64,000 nt of DNA from Chara braunii. Taxonomy: Eukaryota; Plantae; Charophyceae. The translations under genes were made by a program, and so were the position numbers. How positions within the stretch are numbered: the stretch's first letter is position 1; every line of letters starts with the position of its first letter. Where the stretch lies: contig BFEA01000012.1 of the NCBI GenBank assembly GCA_003427395.1, positions 3,829,559 to 3,893,558 of the forward strand. Reading direction: 5' to 3'. This document shows positions 12,856-24,065 of this stretch, in pieces. The notes below the pieces were generated by a model. It saw only the letters and a program-made list of their open reading frames with translations. It was not told where the DNA came from and did no database searches.

Positions 12856-15800
12856 ACGAGTTGAGCAACTTTAAGGGTTGCCCATTCCAAAACCGTTCAA
12901 TCAAACAGAGAGGGCCATTCATTTAAAATGAAGATAAGACAGGGGTAGAGACAAGATAACTAGTCGATTGGAGTGCTTTGGGTTCGCAATCAGCGAAGGC
13001 ACAGGGAATCTTCTCGTGACATTCTTCTTGCAAGTGGAAGATTGTACCGAGAGATGGACCGGCTTGTCAGTTGAGGGCGCGGAGGATCTCTCTAACAAAA
13101 ATCCTTAACTGGAGGAAAATAAAAGAGAGCCGCATCCATCCATTCATCAACTCGATCCTCAAAAGAGAAAGAGAGAAAGAGAGGCAGACACTTCATTTAA
13201 GTTCATTAAGCAACTGTCGTTGGTCTTGCGTTTCAACGATCCTCACCCAGTGAGATTTTGACAATGGAAGGGCGAGACGATAGGTGGATCTCAAGGACAC
13301 ATTCATTCACATGCAATCATTGCTTGCCAAGCCCGTACAACGACCATCCATTTGCTCATACATTCACAAAGAGAGAAAGGAGAGGAGAATATACACTCGC
13401 TCGATTGAGAAGGAAAATCGGCATCTCGCTATGCATCTTAACTATGAATACAAGAAGAAGACAAGGCGCAAAAACTTCTGCTCTCGAGTTATGGCCCCAG
13501 GCCATCCAACCAACCACCAACACACTTTGCCTCACTCGAGCATTGGTACCAAACACTAAACCCCAATGATTGTCACCTCGTTCACTCAACTGCTACGCGA
13601 ATTCGCCCCGATCCTGCAGTCTGTCACAGCGATCCAGCGTGCAATCCCCAAAGTTGTAGTCGACTCGTCAGGACGTTTCCGCTCGCTGATCACCACCTCA
13701 TATATCCACTACTCCACCAGAGTTGGCTGATGTAATAGGAGAGAGCAAAATTGATGCGCTTGCGAGATTTATAGTGTGAGAAGGAAACAAAGAGAATGAT
13801 GAGAAGGGATAGAAGAGGGAAGAGATTAGAAAGGGTAAGGCGTGTGGGAGGGCCGTGTTGATCCGTGTAGGGTACTTCGTAGCCAATCGGATCGCGGTGT
13901 GAGGAGTTTAGAGCCTCCTTGCATGTTGCTGTCTGACTTCTACGATGACTTGGGGCATCAACAGGACCTTCCTATGTGCAGACGAAGACGAGAAAGGAGG
14001 TTATGAGAAGCAGTACGGAGCAAGACCCATATTCGATGGAGGCAAGAAGAAAGACAGAGTGTGAAAGGAGGGCGAAAAAAGGCAGTTATCGTTTGTCCGT
14101 GAAGGCGCGAAGAAAGGAGCTGTGGAAGTGAGAAACAATTGCACGCAGGAGCACGATGAAAATCAAAATGGCAACAAAACAGCTATGTGGAATGCCAGTC
14201 AAACTGCGCCTAATTCCTAAAGCCGAATTGAAATCGAAAAGTTTGAAAGAAAATTTTGCACGTGGAGTCTAAGACGTGCGAGTTCCTACGTCGATTCCTA
14301 TTTTACCATCCATCAACAAAAAATCATGGGGTTTGCAAGGACATCCCCAAAATGTACATGTACAAGAAAGGACTCGTTGTAAAGTATCCCGGTAGACACC
14401 CACAATTTCCGGACTTCGAAAACCTGAAGGAAAAGGAATTTCAAGCGTGCTCGTTAAGGCGCGCATAAATCCTACGTAAAAATAGAGCAAAATACAAAGA
14501 AAATTTCAAGAGTTGCAAAAACGAAGAATCGAGATTGGTCGGCGTTTCCCATGCATCGAGCCCCATCAAGGACAAGTCATGCGAGCAGTGAAAGGCCAGA
14601 AGCACAACCGATACGACCTCAACCCGACACTGCTATCTGCCGAAAATGCAACCTGGACCGAGTAGAGGTATTGGATCTGGATTAGATCATCCTGGTCATC
14701 AAGAAGGCAACCAAAAACAAAAAGCGCTCAAGAGCTTGTTCATGCACATAAGCTGGTGCGTTACAGCTTGTTATGGAGAGAGCATCAACATGGGTGGGCT
14801 ATCTGGCTCCCACCCTCCTCTAAACTTAAACCTATCTTAGTCGACTACGATAAACAGCAAGGCAAGTGGGTCTGCCTGAAATTGGCATTTGAGGACCAGG
14901 AATGCATATATGTGCCCAGTGACCCGACCAGTAGGATAGACTTTTTGCTCTCCCTCCACCAAGACCTGCCATCTGATGCTGCCCTCATAATGGCCAGGGA
15001 ATTCAACACAACACTGGACCTGTCCATGGACCACATATCATCCTCACAACGCCCGGCGCCCCGGACGCCCCTAAAACAACTTATGGCAGACAAACAACTA
15101 GAGGACGCATATAGGTTGCTGCGCCCCAGCCAATTGGCCTACGCCTGCCTATCCTCAAGAGGAGAGCAAGGTGTTGCAAATTCGTTGATTGACCTCATGC
15201 TAGTAGCGAAAGATCTAACAGGGTTCATCACTACAACAGAAACCACAGCCATCATCCCTTGCAAGTCCTTCGATCATAGAATGATCACACTTGGCCTATC
15301 TTTTCATAGCCTTATCCATATGGGGTCAGGATTCTATAAGTTCAACCCCTCCCATCTGCCCCTCCCAAAGTTTAAAGACATGGTCAACACATTTGGCACT
15401 ACCGAAAGGCCCAGAAGACAGAGTAGGTGGAGAGGGTCACCTGGTCCAATGAAGGGACGACACAACTTAGAGACAAAGCCAAAAATTATCCATTCAGCAC
15501 GCAAGAGATCGCAAAGCCATCTTGGAGGAGCTTATGCTCAACCTCGAAGAGTTGGATGAACAACTCAAGAAAGACCCGCAACACCAACCCACCTTCGAGA
15601 AACTAGAAGAAGTCAGGGATCACCTCCGTAGATCAACATACTCAAGGCTAGAGGATATACGCCAGGTTAAAACGGGAATTACATTGAAGGAACCATGGCA
15701 AAATCCTTCTTCAACAAGGCAAGAGCTCGAAATAGGGCCAATACGGTCCCAAGTGCCAAACACATGTTCAATGAGGACGCTCCGGTTACCAGCAACACAT

Positions 15801-15989
15801 ATGCAACTACCTATTATGCCTTTGTTTACCACTGGGACCTCTTCCCCTCCCAGACCCCTCATAGCCACTCGGATGAGTTCCTTCAAGCCAAACAAGCTTT
15901 GTTGTGCGCAACTAACACACGTCTTGCACAGGCGCAAACTCGTTGGACAAGTCCATTTCCTCTCAGGAGGTGTGGGAAGCCCTATAGGA

Positions 15990-17232
15990 TATGGAGGATG
16001 AGAAGACCTCGGGCGTGGACTCTTCCCCAAATATTTGGGTGCAATTCTGGGATCTTCTCTCCGACGACCTAATGGATGGTATTGAAGTGGTACAGAGAGA
16101 AGGATCGGTTGACGGCATGATAGGGCAGGTAGTCATGACACTCCTTTATAAGAAAGGAGACAAGGAGGACATATGGAACTACAAACCTATCACTCTCCTC
16201 CCAGTCCCCTACAAACTAGTGACCAAAACTTTAACGAATAGGTTTTTACTGCTAAGGAACCTATTGGTTCATCGTGACCAGCTTTATGCCCAACCGCAAT
16301 ATCAAGGATCATTTCTTCCTAGTCAATGAGACGATCAAGTAAGCTTGCCAACGGCGGGCCCAAGCGGCGGTCCTATCCATAGACTTCGAAAATGCCTATG
16401 ACCAGATGGACTAGGACTTCTTGGATATGTGCCTCGTCGGGATTGACTTTGGAGCGGTCTTTTGCCACTAAGTGCAGTTCCTCCACATATCAGCCTCAAT
16501 GAACATCACAGTGAATGGCCACTTATCAGCACCAATCTACCAGCAGAGGTCAATGCACCAAGGGAACCTGATTGCACAACTGATGTTCATCATTGTCAAG
16601 GAACTCTAGCATCCCTTATCAGGTCCCACCCGCAGATTTGCAAAATACCCATCCCCGAGCTACCACAACACCTCCTCCTGATAACAGTGTTGTTTGTCGA
16701 TGACCTCGCTGTCCTCGTACGAGCAGATATATGAAGTTTTCAGGCTTTGACTCAAACAATACACCTGTTCTCACATGTGACGGACATGACAGTTAATTGA
16801 GGCTCGAAAACGGTAGGGTGATGGCTTCACCCACAAGGAGAGGGACCTTCACCTTAGTTGGCCATTGCGTGGGCTAGAAAGGAAGTCGCCATAAGGGTTT
16901 TGGGGGTGGGACTAAGAGCGGTTGGGCCCCCGCAGGACCATGGAGACATGCTAGTGGACATGGCAATGGATCAATTGGCCAAGTGGGACGGCCTGCACTG
17001 GTGAGTCGTGTGCTGGCAATCAACAATGCCATCCTGCTGCTATCTGGTACAAACTGGCAGTATGCCCACTGAAACCGCGACAATACACCAGATTGAAGAA
17101 GGCACTCACACCATACCTATGGAAGAACAATGCACACGTGGAACGGTGCATTAGTAGGGTGAGGTGGGAAGTTCTGACACAACCATGGAACACAGGGTCA
17201 CTGGGGATCTTATACCTTGTAAATGAGGGCAA
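15990..17232 (+). pseudogene. LINE ORF2 reverse transcriptase (frameshifted)
   Basis: LLYKKGDKEDIWNYKPITLL..YKLVTK.L.NR, IDFENAYD, LFVDDLAV, VRWEVL.QP..GSLGI. Confidence 0.88.
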
Positions 17233-18456
17233 TGTGACGCGCAACCTCACGCCCTGTGCTGTCTTTCGTTCGGAGTGTTAGATGTGAGGAAAGAGGCCGA
17301 GAAAAACAGCAAGATGGGGTGTGCCAAGGATTTTTTGAAATTGAGTATCGGGACACAGACGGAACTGAAATCCCCCGTGTTGGTCCGATGAAGTAAGTCG
17401 GTTGCTTTTGGGCGTCGCGGAATGTGCGCGCGGGCACGGCGCGAAAAGAGAAAAATCCAAATTCAATCCAAAAAATATTGTCAAGCTTCCCACCGTGTTG
17501 CGGCCCGTCGTTTAGAGCGGAAGGGCTTTGGCACGCTTCGCGTGTCTCGTTTTCGTATCAAATCCCGTCGTTGCTCGCTGGTCAATTCTGAGTCTGATGT
17601 GGAGGGTCTCAGCCGCGTGGCTCTTTCCTTATGCTCGTCTTCACTCCGTATTCGGTAGTGGAAACCCTTTGCTTCGTAGCGATCGAAACGCTGGCACTTT
17701 GTGCACAGGGTTCGAGGCCAATGGGGCGCCACTGTCGTCCATAGAATGACGATCAGCTCGTTAAAGGGGAGCAATATTGAGTAGGGTGGAAAGTGCGTGT
17801 CGATAATAACAAACCCAACCTCTAAAAACCCTGAGCAACGATTTGACGGGGGGAAGTAGTATCGTCCGCCGATCTGTGCGACAGCTTCTCGTACGTCCCA
17901 CTCACATACACGTGTCCTTTCCTCGTTGTAAGGAAAAGGTCGTGTTGATACGGGAGGTATGGGAGGCTGACGCCCGATCGAAGGGTGCTTGTCAGTCCAC
18001 ATGTCAATCAATTGCAAAAGCTCCGAGACGTCATCAAGGAAGAGTAGGAAACACTCGCGCAACCACCAATCAGTCCTTTTCAATTACGAAAGAGAGAGAG
18101 AAAACACCCATCAACTGGATCATGTGCAAATGTCGTGCAGTATAAGGCAGATGGCATGCGCAGCGNACTCAGAATTACAGATCTAAACACTCTTGCATTC
18201 TCGGACAAAATCCCGACAACAATCGTCTAATCAACTCCAAAAAAAAGACACATACCTCCATCCATACATTCACTGTGGAAGGTGCGAAAATGAGATATGC
18301 GCAAAGATAAAAGATGGATCGCTGAATAATACACACGCATCCACCGTTCACAAGACAAGAAGGCGGGGTTCCTACATAGGGGGACTACCCAAGAAACTAA
18401 TGGAAGAGTTCCGGAAGAAGTTCTTTCACACAGGAACAGCATGCAGACTCATTTCC

Positions 18457-18491
<35 letters not shown>

Positions 18492-18566
18492 NNNNNNNNN
18501 NNNNNNNNNNNNNNNNNNNNNNNNNNNNNNNNNNNNNNNNNNNNNNNNNNNNNNNNNNNNNNNNNN

Positions 18567-18621
<55 letters not shown>

Positions 18622-19901
18622 CATCATTCAAAGATAGAGGAGAGAGAGGGAGATAGAAGGGGACAAGATCCAAAAACAGGATGTTCGGCGTTGCCGCCGC
18701 ACACTCACACCGGAGATAAAGATCCGCAACAACAAAGGCGCATTCGCCGTTATTCCAATCATGGCCCAAGGCCAATCACTCACTCGACTCCAATCATCGA
18801 TCCTCATACCCGCACCGACGATCCCCGCCGTCGCGTGCTAACTCCCACCACTGCCATCGTCACCCCGCCGACGTAAACTCGGCGCGGTTCGCCCCGATCC
18901 CACAGTCGGTCGTGGCGATCAAGCGCGCAACCGGTCAGCCTATCGTCAGCCCGACAGGACTTTCCGACTCGCACCAAACACTCTGCCTAGCCGCTGCTTC
19001 CTGGAAGCTGGCTTGAGAGCCGAGAACGTAAAAGAGATTTGCGGGCGCGCTTGCGGAATTTATAGCAGCGAGGAGGGAGCCAAAGGAGGGAGAATGCAGA
19101 GTGAAAGTCAAAGTGTAAGAGGAGAAGCAGGCGGAGAAGACTTTGAGAGGAGCGCTTCGCGGAAGCCATGTTGATGCTTCGAAACTCAAGACTAACCAAT
19201 CAGACTCCTCGTGTGATAGGCCGATCCTACCGTACCCCGCGTCTGATTGGTGGGCGAGAGTAATCGAAGGATCGACCGGACTTCACGAGCTTTGGTCGGA
19301 GAGAAGAAAAGGCGCGAGAAGTAGCGCAAGACGGGTCCAAGATTCAGATGATCAAGAAAGGGGAAATGGGCGCGCAAAGAACTGAGAGGGAGAGAGAAAG
19401 GGAGGGAGAAAAACAGTTACGAGTAAAGAGGAGGAGGAGGGGGAAGGAAAAAGGAGCGCGGGAGAAAGCGATGCGGGGGACAGAGAGGAGAAAGCTTTTG
19501 CATGCGTGGCGCCGTCAACAAAAAACAAAAGAAAAAGGCACCGAAACAGTTACAGCTCGCCTACGTCCTAAACCAATTCAAAATTGAAATCACCATATCC
19601 GCGCGNGAAAGAGCAACGCGGGAAAAGAAAGTCCTACGCCTATTCGTATCCTTGCAAAATTCCGAGAGTTTTCTCCGATGCGACCGAAAACATTCACACA
19701 CAAAAAGGACACGTCGAAGTTCCGCTTATCCCGGAAATCCCAACTGTCGGACCCAATTCCCAGTGCGCTTGCTAAGGCGCACGTAAATTCCCAAGTATTT
19801 CCCAAATTGCAAAAGGAAAAGCCGAACCCGGGAATCGTAAAGGCTTCCGAAAGATGGGGGCCAAAAATGCGGCACCCGAAATCAAGAAAACGAAACGGGG
19901 G
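17233..19901 (-). repeat. 3' LTR (inner end lost in an N gap)
   Basis: Direct repeat of 29412-31991. Confidence 0.93.
17481..18002 (-). CDS. LTR-encoded hypothetical protein (~173 aa from the MWT ATG, CxxC motif)
   Basis: Open frame with protein-level similarity to ORFs in two other LTR families in this window. Confidence 0.6.
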   Translation of the reverse strand: MWTDKHPSIGRQPPIPPVSTRPFPYNEERTRVCEWDVREAVAQIGGRYYFPPSNRCSGFLEVGFVIIDTHFPPYSILLPFNELIVILWTTVAPHWPRTLCTKCQRFDRYEAKGFHYRIRSEDEHKERATRLRPSTSDSELTSEQRRDLIRKRDTRSVPKPFRSKRRAATRWEA

Positions 19902-20257
19902 NNNNNNNNNNNNNNNNNNNNNNNNNNNNNNNNNNNNNNNNNNNNNNNNNNNNNNNNNNNNNNNNNNNNNNNNNNNNNNNNNNNNNNNNNNNNNNNNNNN
20001 NNNNNNNNNNNNNNNNNNNNNNNNNNNNNNNNNNNNNNNNNNNNNNNNNNNNNNNNNNNNNNNNNNNNNNNNNNNNNNNNNNNNNNNNNNNNNNNNNNNN
20101 NNNNNNNNNNNNNNNNNNNNNNNNNNNNNNNNNNNNNNNNNNNNNNNNNNNNNNNNNNNNNNNNNNNNNNNNNNNNNNNNNNNNNNNNNNNNNNNNNNNN
20201 NNNNNNNNNNNNNNNNNNNNNNNNNNNNNNNNNNNNNNNNNNNNNNNNNNNNNNNNA

Positions 20258-20905
20258 TAGTCACGTGATCGGGAGCTACTGCGTAGTTGGAATGGGCAGT
20301 AGAGGCGGTACATGGAGGGGATCCCACAGAGACGATGGGGAGGAAGTGGGGGTAGGTAGCGATTCATCCCTTCTACCGTCACCGGAAGCTCCTCATATCG
20401 GATGATCCGGTGGAAGCGAGGAAAGTGATCGCCGCTATGAGGGAGGGAAGCGAGGTAGTCGCGATAGAAGGAGGAGAGGGTGCGGAGGAGCGCCGCTCGA
20501 AAGAGTTCGTAGTGGCGACAGGCGGGGATTGTATCCGTAGCTACGCAGTAGACTTCTACCACGTTGCATTGCTCCCATGCAATGCTGAACAACAGGATAT
20601 GCCTGCAGAAGGTGGGGGCAGCGGGCTGAAGGGATGGGTGGGGGTAGACGGTTGCGAGCAGGCGGGTCGAGTAGAAGTCCCGGAAGAGGTGGGGAAGGAA
20701 GGGATGGGGGGGGGAAGGTGACGGGGGCACGGATCTGTTCGCGGGTGAGAAAATCAAGGGGACGGCGGGTTAACGTCCGAGGACGAAGGCCTATCGCCCG
20801 CATCGGTACGTAGGCGAACTGGGGGACGAGTGGGGCTGGAGGAGGAGGGGGATCGGCTCCGTCTCAGTCACGCGGTGCTTGAGGTGGCGGCTGCTGGGTC
20901 GCCAT
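20258..20905 (-). pseudogene. Gypsy accessory ORF B, unknown function (frameshifted, runs into gap)
   Basis: MATQQPPP... leading to FRDFYSTRLL..CRHILLFSIAWEQCNVVEVYCVA..CRHYELFR; globular-looking sense-strand frame. Confidence 0.45.
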
Positions 20906-21788
20906 CTTCGGGCTTCGGCGGCTCCGGATCCCTCGTCGGATTGTTACCAATGCACAACCTGGCTCCACTGGCGAACTCCAGCTGACATTTCCCGGTGGCA
21001 ATTTCTTCGCGCCTTCACGCTGCCTCCGGATCTTCCGCCTCCGTGCCCGTGCGCGCCGCTTCCTCCGGCAAGGCTTCCCACTCANATCCGGTTTCTTCTC
21101 CCTCCTCTTCTTCTTCTTCTTCACTNAGCTCGCCCTNGCTATANTCGCTATAGCTTCCCTCCTCCGACGTTTCCTCGTCGTCGTCTTCTTCGTCGTCGTC
21201 GTCGATCACCACTTCCTCCGCCTTCNGATAAAAGGCGTGAGGGGTGATGTCGTACGGCTTCAGATACTCCTGCCGTGATGGTAGAGTATCTTCGTCCCTN
21301 GGCTCCTCNAAGCACGCAGTCCACTGAAGGTACGGATCCAATGATCGCTNGAGAATGTACGGAGCAGGGCTGTCGTCGCTTTGTGAATAGATGTCGGGCG
21401 AGAGATCGTCCGTCAATTGCACGATCGGCGCGATGAGCTCCTGCGCAATCAACTGGCGGCGGCCCGGCCGTACCGATCCGAAGAGAAAGCCGAGAAGATC
21501 GCCTTCGACGTTAGTCCTCCAAGCTTGGATGATCANNNGCTATAAATTTTCGATCCACGCAGGATGCTCGCTGGTCTGCGTCCACGTCACCTGTACTCTG
21601 GCCAAGCAGANAGACAGCTCGTCAAAAGTTNCGTGCCACAGTCGCCAATGCGCATGGTTAATAAGCGGGACAAAGAGANGTTCGAACGAGAAGGAAAGAG
21701 AAGGATGAAGATCGGATTGCCAGAAGGTGGGGAAAAGAGATGGNAGACCGAAGATGGAGAGAGGAGCGAGGGGATCGGTGTGGTTCAT
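20755..21788 (-). pseudogene. Gypsy accessory ORF A, unknown function, with acidic tract
   Basis: One frame from MNHTDPL.. through WH.TFDELS.CLARVQVTW..IIQAWRTNVEGDLLGFLFG..LQWTAC and a D/E tract, with three in-frame stops. Confidence 0.6.
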
Positions 21789-22065
21789 TGGGGACGTGGG
21801 AAGGGGACGAGGGTGGGGATCGCAACTGGCGGCTCGCGCGGCGAACGTTAGATNTCGCCAAGATCCGGTGCAAAGGTCGGGAGGAGATTGTGTCCTGGTC
21901 GGGCGAGANCGTGCTGCCACANGTTGGAGACCTGCTCCGTCCACACTCNCAGNGAAGCCAAGATCGCGGTATGCCACCGTGGGTTGACCGAGCTGATATC
22001 GCCGCTGAACGCCGCAACCGTGGTGNCGTGGCTCGTTCCGGGAGCCGCTTGCCGATGAACTGCGA

Positions 22066-23994
22066 TTACCTCCGCCAATACCANTGCGTGTGGACTCCCT
22101 TCGATTCGAAACGCGGCGGCGGCACACACACCCACGTCNNAGAAGAACTGCGCCAATCGCCGAAGATCCNTATTAAGCCGCGGATGACGAACTTGTCGAA
22201 TTTCCAAGATATGGCCACGTGGCTGCAACAACTGTTNGTCAAGAGCCCGCTCCGTGATGAAACTCNTGGCGAGGTNAGAGAGGAAGACGAAGGGCAGGAG
22301 GGAGAGCNCGGAGAGAGAGTTAGATCGTCGTCGTTCTCCTCGCTTTCGGAGGAGGGAGAGGGAGGAGGATGAAAGGGAGGGAGAAGANGAAGGTAGGAGG
22401 TANGCCGGACGATGGGGACAGAGCTATGGCTGGCACTAGTCTCAGGCGCGATGCGCACTGTGTTGGCGCCGTTAGGACCGAGCTCGACAACGCGAAAGCN
22501 GCCAGAGAACTTGGNAGCGAGTTTGCGGTCGCGTGCACATNTACGTACCTGCACTAGGTCCCCTAATTTATATTGATGCTGGGGCCCAGCATTTCCATTC
22601 CGAGCCTCGTAGCTACGGACCTGCCTACCGTGGGCCAGATCGGTCATCCTTTGTCTTTTTCGGGCTAGCTTCAGAACGGCCCGCTCCATTNATTCGGTGT
22701 ACCTTTTGGCCTTGGCCTTGAGGGCTGTACGCGTGTCTCTACCCCCTGCTTCGACAATTTTCGAGTTACCCCGGTAGTCNACACAGGGGAGGCTATTAGT
22801 ACGAAGCTGAAAGGGGGTAAACCTCGTGGATTCGTGAGGGGTGGCCCNGTGGATCCCGACGATCTGATGNACGATCTCGAGCCAGGGACGCGTGTCGTGT
22901 GCCGCTAAATTCCTGTGAAGGGCGGTTTTAATCATACGGCTGGCGTTTCCAGCCAACCCGTTCGACTGGGACACGTGNGGTGCCGTATGTCGGAGCGTGA
23001 CGCCCCTTCGTGCGAGCAGTTCCTCTACTTCTCCCTTAAATTNGGACCCATTGTCGGTTAGAATTTCTTCCGTATCTAGATGAGTATAGAGGAACCGATC
23101 GATGTACGTGGCTATTTNTGCGGCTTTGCGNGTCTTACAGGGATAGACCTCGATGTNCTTGGAAAAATGGTCAATTAATACTAAAAGGATAGAATATTCA
23201 CATCGGTTTGGGCCAGGAGGCACGTCGATATCTGTTGNGTCCATACTGACTCGTTGGAAAGGACGCTCTACTTTCGTTGGTACTATCGTGTTTGGTCCCT
23301 TTATTGGGGCGCGATCAGCAGCACAGACCAGACAGTTGGCGACAATGTATCTGACATCATCTCGTATGTTGGACCAGAACCATCGGTTCTGGTCTATAGT
23401 TGCCTTTGTGACACGTATCGCGAAATTAGCGGCCTGTTCTTCGTGAGCAGATCGGATCCAATCATATCTCTAGAATGGATGGGGAACCGTCAACCACGAA
23501 CCCGATCCGTCAGTTTTACGCTTCTCCAAATGACCGTTGATCCTCCGATAGTCCCGAGATCTCTCGGTTGCCCTACGTCGGTCGTGTTTGGTGAGGTGTC
23601 CCAATGATAATCCTGATAATTTCGCCAATAAAATTTTATCCGTCCAAACCTCCGCTCGTCGGTATTTTTCNTCGTATTCAGGGNCGTCCGTTCGGGCAGC
23701 CTCGAATCGAACCTCCGTGGGGAGTTTGTTCGTTCTACACAGGGGGCACCTCCATTCCTTGCTACTCGTCCGATATCGAACGCAGGCCCCGTGCGCACAA
23801 TTGACACACGTGGCACATTCTATCCAATCGACAAACCCGGTTTCGAAAGGATGACAGTCGACCNCATAAACCCGTGCAATACACGTACAAAAATAGCAGA
23901 ATTTATCGGGAAGGGTGGCAAAGAAAGCTGAGGAAGTAAGAGGGGCAGAATTAGTAGGAGAGGAAGGGGTTGCAGAGACAGGTGGGGTAGTCAT
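22066..23994 (-). pseudogene. PHD finger plus integrase (H2C2, DDE core, GPF/Y module); one in-frame stop at 23470
   Basis: CYFC..C..WIECATC...HGAC..WRCPLC; AHEE..W.W..I..DV..IV.NCLVC; PFQRVSMD..IDHFSK..ILTDNGS.F..SQSNGLA; KFSG.FRVV. Confidence 0.9.
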
Positions 23995-24065
23995 GATGAC
24001 AGAGGAGGAGAGATGAGACCGAATTGCGGAGAGGGTAGAATCAGTCGAATTGATCCTCGTGTCAC

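Larger units (their letters stand above)
11768..14765 (-). mobile_element. Solo LTR related to the Gypsy LTRs (diverged family A)
   Basis: Starts TCTGACACTC-AACCTCACGCCC and shares GGGGTGTGCC.AGGATTTTT, a TATA box and LTR-ORF remnants with 17233 and 52071. Ends ...GCGTTACA. No clear TSD. Confidence 0.75.
11552..15400 (+). pseudogene. LINE ORF2 apurinic-type endonuclease, split by solo LTR 11768-14765
   Basis: IRSLNINGL, DAICIEETYL, GWAIW, GKWV, IYVP, LIMAREFN (GDFN), IDLMLV, SFDHRMI, YKFNPS. Confidence 0.85.

Noticed and set aside
11751-14765. 9-bp direct repeat TGCGTTACA as the TSD of the first LTR insertion
   Set aside because: The right copy coincides with the expected LTR terminus and the length does not fit integrase TSDs, so the boundary is left ambiguous.
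17243-18411. Near-perfect identity of this part of the two LTRs as evidence of very recent insertion
   Set aside because: Both copies carry an N at the same position (18166 and 30335), suggesting a collapsed consensus; the rest of the LTRs differ by several percent.
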